NCBI GenBank assembly: GCA_051362555.1
Contig: CM120643.1
Span: forward strand, 16,558,848 to 16,622,847
Direction: 5' to 3'
Source of the DNA: Lingula anatina
Taxonomy: Eukaryota > Animalia > Brachiopoda
DNA length: 64,000 nucleotides
The notes under the pieces: model-generated
What the model was told of the DNA's origin: nothing
Databases searched by the model: none
The model's input: only the letters and a program-made list of their open reading frames with translations
Translations under genes and position numbers: made by a program
Shown: in pieces, positions 1-10,511 of the stretch
How the letters are laid out: each line of letters starts with the position of its first letter
How positions within the stretch are numbered: position 1 is the first letter of the stretch

Positions 1-59
1 CTGCTCTTAAAATCAAACTTTTAGGTGCTATAACATTTAAAGTAAACACGTACATGGAT

Positions 60-128
60 TATGCAGTGAAAAAGTACACTTTTTCAGGAATGCAAACAAC
101 CCTTTTGAAATTGCTGGGCTCGAGTCTG
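60..128. mobile_element. degenerate 3' end of MITE family A
   Basis: aaaagtacactttttcaggaa...ccttttgaaattgctgggctcgagtctg resembles the 3' half of 4542-4718 and 59803-59970. The left boundary is approximate. Confidence 0.55.
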
Positions 129-1238
129 CCACTGGTGCGACCAGGATATCAAGACAACCCCAATCCCATCCTGGGTCCATCTATTGTTAATTTTAATTAA
201 TTAAATTTAATATTATTTAATAAATTTAATATTAAAATATATGTTACTTATGCACTAGTAATAAAAGTAGGCCCTACATCATACAGATATGTATTCTACC
301 TGTTCACGCATACAAAGTTAAAATACATGAAGATAAAGCATTATTATCTCAGCGACACCTTCAAATGACCTACCTTGTATTGTGCAATTATCACATGTTC
401 TGCTAATTGTTGATTTATTGTTTGAATTAATCTTATCAGAACACCTGTGATTACGAGTTATAACACAACTGCTGTTGGCTATGCACCAAAAAGGATAAAA
501 AGGGGGTGGATCCATAATTTGACCTTGAGAAGATTAGATCAAAATCAAGCGTGTTGGCTTAACAAATCTTTTATTTTTGATCTGTCAGTATATTTGTTTG
601 TTCGTTTGTTCACATATTTATGTATCTTCTTTGTTTGTTTATCAATTATATTATTTACTAAATCAATCATTAATTGAATTATTTTTTATTATTTCGGAAA
701 TTTTTCATTTCTTTATTAATTAACTATTTTATTGAATTGCTCAGAAAAGGACGAAAAAATATTTTTAAATGTGTCATCAGTTGCCTTCTTTTAAAGAGCA
801 ACGTTGGCCTCTCTCTTTTCTATCTCTCTCACTCTCTCTTTATTTCTGATAATGCTTTTAGTGTCTGGCTTTTATTGTTATTTTCTACACATTTAGTGCA
901 GTAATAACAACAAAAATGAATAGCTATACTATCTAGTGACAAATACAAACATATGTGTTTTAAAAATAACCACAACCACACCAAGACACTCCCGTATGGC
1001 AAGAGTGCCTCGTCTGATGCCACCAACACTCCTGTTCCCAGGTTCCTGTCACATTATCAGATTTGTTGTCTGTGGCTGCTTAGACCTGTGGCGCATCAGT
1101 GGGCTTACTATCACACCCCTCCTATCCCCACCCCTCTTGTTTTGATATGCTTGAGAGATCTATCTTTCTGTGTCATTACAATAAATGATACAAACTGGTA
1201 TCATCTTTTTTTTTCATTGCAGAGGATAGAATATCAAT

Positions 1239-1528
1239 ATGGCTTCATCAGCTACTTGTTCTGACCACTCAAACACATGTCCAGTCTGCCTTGACCACTA
1301 CGACTTGACAAAGCGTGTCCCCAAGTTTCTGTCGTGTCACCACACTGTGTGCCTGATGTGTGTCCAGCAGCTGAAGGGGCTGTACAAGTTGTCATGTCCG
1401 GTCTGTAGAGAGAGCACCTGTCTCCCCATGGGTGAGGTTCAACCTGTCGACTAAAGTTGTGTTCAATCTAAAAAAAAAGATTAAATTTGTGTATTGAATT
1501 GTTCATATGGGTTTTTTCACTTTCTTTC

Positions 1529-1563
<35 letters not shown>

Positions 1564-2749
1564 TAATTAATATAATTGTAGAAACTGTGTTATAGTAAGT
1601 CCAGATCTTCACCATTATCTTAATTTTTAAAACACAAACATACCAATTTATTAAAAAACGTCCCAGTTGTTATTACAAATAATTGTAACAATTAATCTGT
1701 AAATTGATACTGAAATTAGATCTTTGATTTTTTTCACACATCTTGCAGGTGGCCCTGAGAAATTGCAGACAAACTTTTACCTTAAAGTTGACAATGAGGA
1801 AGGATGCCTAAAACACAAGAATCAGCCATATTTGTTCTACTGCGCCACCCACAAAACCCTTGCTTGCCAAGCGTGCACCATTTTAGACCACAAGGAGTCC
1901 AAGCAGTGCGACCTGCAAGACCTTGAGCCAGCATTGAAAGCAACAAAAATGAGACTTAGAGAAAAACTTAGTGTTTTACAGACCAAGAAGGGTCACCAGA
2001 GTGGTATTTTATCAGATGTAAATAAAAAGATGGAGTTTTTAAATGCAAGTAAGCAAAGCGCAGAGAGGGCCATAGACACAACTTTCCATCAGTATTTAAG
2101 TGTCATCAGGAAATATCAGCAGACAACGAAAGAAAATCTGCAACAGTCTTTCACTCAAAAACATAAGACTCTCAGTAAAAAGGCCAGAGCAGCAGAGACA
2201 CTTATTGATGAGTTGGAGACACAAATTTCCGAAATTGAAGACGCTTTACACAAAAATTGCATTTCAACTGCAGTTGCTGTGGAGGCAGGTCTTCGTGACG
2301 ACACCGATGCGACTAAGACTGGTTCTCTTTTACCCAAAAGGGCTTCAAATGAAAGTTGGCTAAGCTTTAAAACAAACTCTCAGACAAGCTTGTCACAGCT
2401 TGAAACCTTTCTCCAATCTGCTGGGCAGATCCATTATATACCATTGCCAAAAGTCGTTTTCACAGAAAAACCAGAGAATGTCCAAAAATCAGACAAACCT
2501 CCGTCGATTTCTTTCAAAATAACCCACGGGACATCAGACGTTGAGGTAGACTATTCGCATTTGTTGCAAGTTTACATTAAAAAACCAAGTGGGAAAAGAC
2601 TGAAGGCTAAAAAACTGTCGTGTCTTGGCAATGGTAACTATCGTGCCCTCTTTCCAAGAGAACTGCTCTACGAGGGTGCATATTCAGCAGAGGTCACACT
2701 TGCTGACGAAAGACTGGAAGACGGACTAGTTACATTTTCTGTTAAATAA
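1239..2749 (+). CDS. TRIM-family E3 ligase (RING, B-box, coiled coil, filamin/Ig-like C-terminus; TRIM45-like architecture), about 397 aa, 2 coding exons: 1239-1431, 1749-2749
   Basis: Exon 1 encodes a C3HC4 RING (CPVC..LSCHHTVCLMC..CPVC). A phase-1 intron gtgagg(1432)..ttgcag(1748) joins in frame to ORF 1724-2749, which has a B-box (CLKH..FYCATHKTLACQACTILDH), a heptad-rich helical region and a filamin-type tail (IKKPSGK..GNGNYRALF..EGAYSAEVTL). No NHL repeats before the stop. An acceptor at 1221-1222 implies an upstream 5'UTR exon. Confidence 0.88.
1532..1562. repeat. (GT)n microsatellite in the TRIM intron
   Basis: Direct reading. Confidence 0.9.
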
Positions 2750-3801
2750 TGTCGTAAAATAATTTAACATTAAAGGAATATCCTCAATTTATAGCATAAT
2801 TAGTGAGATTTGCATCATACTGGTATGTGTGAAATGGGCCCACGGTCTTAAATGCCACTGAATTACTGCAAGTGCCTTTCTTCTGTTAGTTATACAGAAT
2901 TGATTTAATTTTGGTTTTCACGATTTCGAATTCATTGGCGCATTCTTTTTTCTTTTCTTTTCTTTTTTTACGCGTAATACATTGAGTTCTTTGATTTGTT
3001 TCCATGGAAAAAATCTTTTTTTTTTCTATGAATATTCCAATCTATGAGAACAATGTGGTAACTACAGGAAAAAGGTCCTCCTTTGTCCGAATATCCCCTT
3101 TTGTTCAAAATTGTCTTTTCGTCTTACCTGTAAAATTACCGAAACATGAAACTGGAATTTGAACATGACAATTAGAGAACCGATTTAGATAGCTATTATA
3201 AGCTTTTGGTAATTAAAAGTTTAAAATTGTCTGTACATAGTCCTGGCGCTTGTTAAACAGTTTCAGAAATGAAATGAATTGAAAATTAAATTAATTGAAT
3301 GATGGTTTTATCTAATATATTTTATCTTATACACGTATAAGGCGTTATGTGAATCTAGTAATAATTTGTTCCAATTTTTACCGTTTGCAGTGAAACCAAA
3401 ATCACTTGATGAAAAGTTCAATCAAATACAAATGACTAAACATACGAATCTGAAAATGAAATAATGTACATATAAAAGTGCTATTCCTGAAATGAAGTTT
3501 TTTTTTCCGAAATTCCTCCATGTGTCTTGCGATATTCACAAAGGACCTTGACCATCATCAGGCAATTAGATCATTGACGTGGCCAATGATTCAAACATAT
3601 AGAAGTAAGATAACTTGACATTCAGGGTGGGTGGCGAGGCTTTAGCCCCTGTTACACCGGTTTTGCGGCCGCTCGAAGAACAAAAATTAGCCCACTCTCC
3701 GAACGATTACCTAAAATAGCAAATCACAATGAATGATTGTACATTGCGTCAGGTGTCCGTAGTGGGGGATGTTACAAAGAGGACAGCCAATTGCTACCCA
3801 G

Positions 3802-3948
3802 GGCCCCGTATCTCGAAAGCATCGCGTATTGCGAATCGCTATATCAAATAGAGACTACAATGTATTATATGGGACGAGTATGGGCGAGTTATGGAATCGA
3901 GACGCTTGCGTACGGTCGCAATGCGCGATGCTTTCGAGATACGGGGCC
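3802..3948. mobile_element. 147-bp MITE, PIF/Harbinger-like
   Basis: 33-bp TIR ggccccgtatctcgaaagcatcgcg(t/c)attgcga with 1 mismatch. 3-bp TSD CAG at 3799-3801 and 3949-3951. A 3-bp CWG/TWA TSD is typical of PIF/Harbinger. Confidence 0.85.
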
Positions 3949-4541
3949 CAGGACCTGTGTCAGCACTGTAAAGCTGCTGGTTCAATTGAGATTTATATGT
4001 ATTTTGCCATCGGGGAAGGATATTCTCATATATCTAAGTAGTAATTCGTTCCAAGCCTTTAACATTGTCAAAACTAAGAAAATAAACAATAAAAGAAAGT
4101 GTAATACCATTGAAGCGGTACGTACGGATGACGTGCCGAAGTCGATTATATCATGATGGCACAGCTTTGGGATCAATACAACACAATACTCTGTTCCTAA
4201 TGAACAGGTAGGCCTATACCTCTACTACTACTACTACTACTACTACTTAAACGATGTGCAAAATAACGTGACAAGTCAACCACTGCCCTCTACAAGGGTT
4301 ACAGCATTTTTCAGTACATATTCACAGATATGTCTCTGGGTGATTCATGACAGGATTCTCTATTGCTGTGGGAAAAGTGCACATAATTAAACTGCGGTCC
4401 TAGTAGAGGGTAGTCTACCACCACCCAGTAACCTTCCCACCTCCAGCACAATGTTAATTCCTTTCTCAAAACAAGAAGTTCTTGCTCAAAAGTAACTGTT
4501 CTCTCGTTTATTCAAGCCAGTGACTGTGCGGTCATCAACAG

Positions 4542-4718
4542 CAGGCCCGTAGCCAAGGGGGGTTCGGGGGGGGGGGGGTTCGAAAGAACCGCCCCTTTTG
4601 CTGGGAAAAGGTCCACTCTGGGTAACATTTGATCTAGGTTAATGAAGTTTTTTTATGGAAAAAGGTCCACTTTTTCAGAAAAAGAACCCCCCTTTTAAAA
4701 TTGCTGGCCACGGGCCTG
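4542..4718. mobile_element. MITE family A, copy 1 (CAGG termini, 5-bp TSD, hAT-like)
   Basis: TIR caggcccgtagcca...tggccacgggcctg. TSD aacag on both sides. Near-identical copy at 59803-59970. Confidence 0.88.
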
Positions 4719-5230
4719 AACAGTATGTAACCGCATTATATCTTTAAGACATAAAAAAAAACAAACTAAAAACTGTTGTTACTCTGAATAAAATCTGGCG
4801 GAAATTCAAATGTGATGGTTAAAAGGAGAGAGAGCGAGAGCTACATGTATATAGAATCCATATTTTACCATTAAAATAATACTCAGGTCCATTACATGCG
4901 TGTGTCGTGCTATCAAAAGAGAAGAATAAGGCCTAAGAGCAAAGTTTGGGTCTTCAATATCAATTATCAGTAGAAAATGCTTACATATGTAGATTTCCTT
5001 AATAGTGAATAAAAATTCTGAAGAATTCATGCTGTGCGATCGGCTAAGTCAAATCAAATAGGATCTATAAAGACATCACGTAAATTGATGTTATCTCAAC
5101 AAATAAACAGTTATTACGGAGAATAATTTCGTTATCTTTCTGGTCTGAAAATTAAGCAGTAAACAAAAGTGTAAGATTTCAATGCAATTCAATATTTTCT
5201 CACAAACATGATGGTATCTCTACAAAATAT

Positions 5231-5319
5231 TTCCATGAAAATCATTTCCCGAGAAACGTGTCAGTCGTAGATGTTGGAAAAAGTATAAAGAATGTTTTAG
5301 AATCCAAATCTTTACAGTT
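5231..5319 (+). promoter_or_regulatory. putative core promoter of the secreted-peptide gene (STAT-like sites, TATA, Inr-like)
   Basis: TTCCATGAA 5231-5239, TTCCCGAGAA 5246-5255, TATAAAG at 5284, ACAGTT about 30 nt downstream. Alternatively ttttacag at 5321-5328 is a splice acceptor for an upstream 5'UTR exon. Confidence 0.35.
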
Positions 5320-5369
5320 GTTTTACAGCTTATGTACAAGAAACACAAGTGTAGCAAAGAACAATAGAG

Positions 5370-5465
5370 ATGGCTGCCATGAAATGCATCGTGTTTGTTG
5401 TAATAGTACTATCCGTTTTCTTGATCGAAGGAGGAGCTGGTGGATCGAAAGCGGTATGGTGTCTG

Positions 5466-5508
<43 letters not shown>

Positions 5509-7894
5509 GCTTACTAAACCTCTTTTTTTTTTGTGAACAGTTAATTATTTGCAAATGTGTTTAAGTCTCAATCCCTCCATTTTAACGTTTGTTTTCTTTG
5601 TGCATGTCATCAGAGAATTGAGAATGAGAAGGCGCGTGGCAGAAGAGCGCGGAAAATCCTAGCATCAGCAGAAGAGGTGATTGAAGCGGTCTCCAAATTG
5701 ACAAATGATTCGTCTTCATCTGAAGGTATATATAAACTTCTTATATTCTAGTTCACATAATTCTACTGAACGTCCTTGCATATTGCTGATACCTTTGTTT
5801 TTTTTTATTATTATTGGCAATAAAATAATATCTTGAATTTTCAACTTTGGCATGGTAAATTCGGAAAACAAAAGCTACACTGGGGATCATTTTAATAGTT
5901 CTCCCCAAGCAATTTTACACAAATTGTCAATATGTTTTAAAAACTTACCAGATAACGTTATATATGCTTGTATTTCATGAAGGCAAACCTGTTAAAGACC
6001 TATTGGCTGAAGCTAAAAATGTCCATAAGAAATTAAGAAAAAGTATGAAATCGATAGGTACGTTCGTATCGTCTTTAGTCTTTCTTGATCTCTCTCTCTC
6101 TCTCTCTCTCTCGTGTTAAAAAAACCTGCTGTCAGTTCCTTATAAACCAATGCAGGTCATCCACGAAACTTTAAATGGATAATAGTTATACCATAAATAA
6201 AATGTAGCGCCCTAGCAGTTCTTATTCATGCAAGAAAAAGTTAAATAATCTGATTTGCCATTTTTATCTAATATGAGTGTAAAATATATATTTGAATTAT
6301 TCATTATATATATAAGGGAAGTTCTTAAAACAGCGGCCCATGGTAGGAATGCTAAAGGTGATCAAAACGCTCTCTGAAACTGTTGGTAACGCGAGCTCTA
6401 CAAACGCCGTATTGGACCTTTTGATTGGATGGTCAGGTATTGTACTTCCTATAATAGACCTAATGATTTAAGTAGTATTTCACTGAAGTACATTGATTTT
6501 TTTTCTTACATTTTTAGTCTTATGCTTATGATTGACCTGGAAAAAATTCCTAATAGTTTTTTTCTTTTTTTTTTTTTTTACTATGAAACCGTAAATCATA
6601 AAGCGACTTCTTCGATCCGGTAGTCTTAGACTCAAGGTGATATACAAAACCTTTATTAAGTATGATAATACAAAGCACAACGGAAAGCGTGGAGACAGTC
6701 TCCGTCAGAACTCTGAAAGTCAGGGTAATATCCCGATTATAACATTACTTGATTTAGGTCCCCTGAGCCGAGAGGGAAGCTGCGTGTCCATGACAACGAG
6801 CATGCTGTCGGACTTGGAGGGTAAATCGGTCCTTGTCGTGAAACAATTGAAGACAGAGGGAGGTAAGCGATTATCCATGTAATTTCTGAAATCTATACCC
6901 CTCCCGCCCCTGCCTCCCTTTACCAAAACAAAAGTTTGAGTTCCGTTATCAGCTGAGATGGCAAACAAAAACACACACAGATGTCCCAAGAAACGTGTCG
7001 CCCCCCCCCCACCCCCACCCCACCCCACCCCGCCCTTCCCTATAATAATCTGTCAAACAATCGCTAAAAGTAAAAACCTCGGATAGCTCAATCTCCTATG
7101 AGTTTGTTCTTGTCATGCATCGAGCACCTTGTGTAATAAAATATATGTCTGTACTTTATCATCTGTCTCATGTGTAATCACTTTTTTTTTTACTGAAATT
7201 TATCTATCTGTTTTGTTAAAGTAACCAAAGACAATGCAGAGAAGTTGACTGAAACATTATCGGCCGTGTGGTATACCAACAAAGCACTGAAGAAGTGTTT
7301 GCGTAAAGCAGGTACAAGAAGCCTCTTTACCCCCATGCTCTAACTCTTCAATCCTCCCTCTCTCTCTCTCTTTCCCTCGCTCTCTGGTGTGAGTGGTAAA
7401 ATAAAGGCTTTTAATAGTAAGTAATGGATTTATTATGACATTTTGCACAAGACGATCGTTACATGTAGATTGTTACAGGCTCCATTGAAAAATTATTTCT
7501 TTTACTTCAGATAACTATGTCAAAAATGAGATGAAAAGTGTAAATGGAAAGAAATCTGAGATGAGGTAATGTGTAACTAAAACCTCGATCATGTCACACT
7601 GTAAAAAGTATATGTATTATAGCAAACATTATTCTGCTCAGTCATGTTATAGTAGGCCTAAATTTTAGTCATAACTGTAATGGAAATTATGAGCCAAACA
7701 GTTTTTTATTCAACACGATTTCTTTTTTCAGTAAGCGCGGATGGAATCCCAGTATTAACTTGGGCCGCGGTTTCTCGCTTGGCTTCAACGGTTTGAACTA
7801 CAGATCTAGAAATGGTCGTTTTTCGGCTAATCTAAAACCCACGTTCTCAGGCGGTGGAGTAGGAGCACGAATCGGGTTCACTTGGAAGTTCTGA
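5370..7894 (+). CDS. Uncharacterised secreted prepropeptide (about 267 aa) with a C-terminal Gly-rich cationic peptide; candidate antimicrobial peptide precursor. Exons 5370-5453, 5614-5725, 5983-6057, 6317-6436, 6758-6862, 7222-7311, 7511-7565, 7732-7894
   Basis: Signal-peptide-like N-terminus MAAMKCIVFVVIVLSVFLIEGGAG. All eight segments have GT/AG at the internal junctions, compatible phases (0,1,1,1,1,1,2) and no stops, summing to 804 nt ending in TGA at 7892-7894. KR at 7733-7738 precedes GWNPSINLGRGFSLGFNGLNYRSRNGRFSANLKPTFSGGGVGARIGFTWKF. AATAAA at 8064. The four middle exons are frame-symmetric, so each one is individually less certain. Confidence 0.75.
5468..5505. repeat. (CT)n microsatellite (others at about 6088-6112 and 8153-8180)
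   Basis: Direct reading. Confidence 0.9.
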
Positions 7895-8149
7895 AATTAC
7901 CAGAGACCTGGAAAGTAATGACATCTTCTTCGGTTGTAAAAAAAAAATCTATCTATCAGACTTGGAATTTCTATTCTCTCGTCGATTGCACACGTATTTA
8001 ACTTATTTATGAAGGTCGTCATCAAGTCGTCAACGTGTACCCTGTGAAATAGGTCTAATGGGAAATAAACAAAACTATCTTTACCATGTTTTTGTCTTTG
8101 TTTTTTGCACTTTGTGATTGTTTTTGTTTTGCCATAAGGATATATTTAA

Positions 8150-8184
<35 letters not shown>

Positions 8185-9095
8185 TAATTGGTATCGCCAT
8201 CTGATGGAAAAATAGATTAGGCCCTAATCAATTGCAAATTTTCAAATGTCTCAATCGCATTAAGGTAGGCCTACAGACGAGTGCTCAGGGAGTCAGGCTA
8301 AACATCTTGTTTTAACAATGAACGCAACTAAATTGATGCTAAAAAAAAAAGCAATTCAAGGCCTAATTATTGAACGAGACAGTCGCATGAAACAATAAAC
8401 CAGCTTTGATATAGGTAGGGGGCCTAATGAATTAAGGGAGTAAATTGTCAATAGAAGGTGAGTACAGCGGCCACGTGCTTTACGGCAGTGAATTATTAAT
8501 AATATTGTCCAACATTTAATATATTAAAACTCTTTGGTCTCATACGACATCTTGCCCTGGTGTAAGTTAAGGTATATGTGCCAGCGTTGCCCCACACGAC
8601 ACGACTTGACGTTCCAGAGTGAGACAGACGCCTTTCGGTGTCACGGTGTCAGACCGTTGTCGTGATCAGACCGTCTAGAGAAAATTAGATGGTAGCTTTA
8701 AGTCATCTTTGCAACATCTTCGATTGAAGCAAAGTTTTATTTTTGAAGACGTGGCGCCACAACCGTTTACAAGCGCGTATTAGGGCCTACACAAAGTAGG
8801 CCTACGTTAACAAGTTTAATTACGGCCGCGTATTAATCAACCATCTTCGAGCTTACTCCATAAAACAATACTTTTTCTGTGTTAATATCATTATATATAA
8901 CCCAAAAAGGCGAAATATCTCAATTCGTACAACTATTTCTTCTCTGGAGGCAATAAGAGCACACGAGAGCACACGACGTTCGAGGCACGCGACACCGGAA
9001 ACTGCCATTCATGGAGTTTGCGCAGTTTAAACTTCCTTGCACTTGGAGCACATTATGAAAGTCCTCTGTTGACTCCTTGAATGCAAAATTCTAAA

Positions 9096-10472
9096 ATGCG
9101 CGTTCTAATAGGTAAGTAATCACTTGATATTCTTAAAGAGAATGCGATACTCACATTTACGCAATTTGAAATGGATGTCACTTGGTTTTTTCACTGATTT
9201 AGCATTGAAAAGCCAAAGAGCCCGAACTACTACTACTAGTACCGGTAGTTACTTACATGTACCTGTTCTACAATACAATAAAATAAATTTTATTTCATAT
9301 CAGGTATAAATTGAAAGGAAACATTAGCTTTACAGCTATTCACCAACTGGGTAAGGGCAGTGCAATATTTACACATGAAGCTCACTTGAGCTCACACCTG
9401 CGAAACCCCCCCTCCCCCCCCCCCCCCCCCCCATCAAATTATACAGGATAGCCCCCTTGTACAGTAACAAAAAGTTTAACTCAGATAAACACGAAGGTAA
9501 TACTTTGTTAATTCAAAGACAACCAGCAATATTTTTATTTACCATGCATACGTGCAAAAAATAAGTAGTAATTCCCAACACCAAGTGCTGAATATTTCCA
9601 TCTCTGTTTCAGGTGGTGGTACCGGCTTCATAGGTAAACACATTGCCAGAAAGCTCGCAGACAAGGGGCATGAAGTGACCCTGTTATCAAGATCAACTGG
9701 AAGGGGGAGATTAACATGGGTAAAAAAAAATTGAAAGTTAAAAAGTTCAGATAATTATTATATGTATCAGATACTACAATGATTTCTAAAACACTCATAA
9801 AGTATAAGAATTTGTCACTCCTCAGCTCACCTGAATCTTTGGGCGTACAGTACTGAAGATAAAACCACAGTGTAGTGTATACCTGTGAAATAATCATTAC
9901 AGCAAGATGGCTGTTTTTCCCTAGGATGAACTGTACAAGAAGGGTCTCCCTGATAACACTGGGGCAGTGGTGAATGTGGCCGGAGAGAATGCACTAAATA
10001 TGTTCAGAAGGTAAAGACTGCTGGATTGTATTATTTTTGCAAAAATAGTTTTGGGATACATCTGTGTTAATTTTGAGTTGACAGAAGTAGTTGATTTTAT
10101 CTTTTTGTTAATTCAAAAGCCATATATAGACAAAAAAAATTCAGACACATAAGATTGTAAATAATTGTTCTGTACAGCACTTTGAATTCTTTCTCATCCT
10201 ATATCAGGGGCGAGGCCTACAAGAAGGACATCATTACAAGCAGGGTTGATACAACTAAAGCTTTGGCTGAAGCCATCACTGCAAGTAAAAATCCACCCAA
10301 AGTTTTTGTTAGCACTTCTGCTATTGGTGAGTTCAGTAAGAGATGATTTTCAACCCTTGCTGTCACTGATAAACCTGCACATGTACTCAGAGAGCCACTG
10401 ACACACCCTTATTCTGAAAGCAGTTGCACTCATGCTCACATCAGTAAACGATGGATGCATGCACGTACGCGT

Positions 10473-10511
<39 letters not shown>

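Noticed and set aside
3575-3587. TGACGTGG-CCAAT (UPRE/ERSE-like motif)
   Set aside because: A single short motif far from any supported start site; cannot be told apart from chance.
3737-4156. 139-aa ORF and the overlapping 90-aa ORF
   Set aside because: They run through the GC-rich palindromic MITE at 3802-3948 and show no recognisable domain.
4209-8830. Recurrent TAGGCCTA/GGCCTA and AGATCT motifs
   Set aside because: Scattered without regular spacing; looks like a genome-wide compositional bias, not an array.
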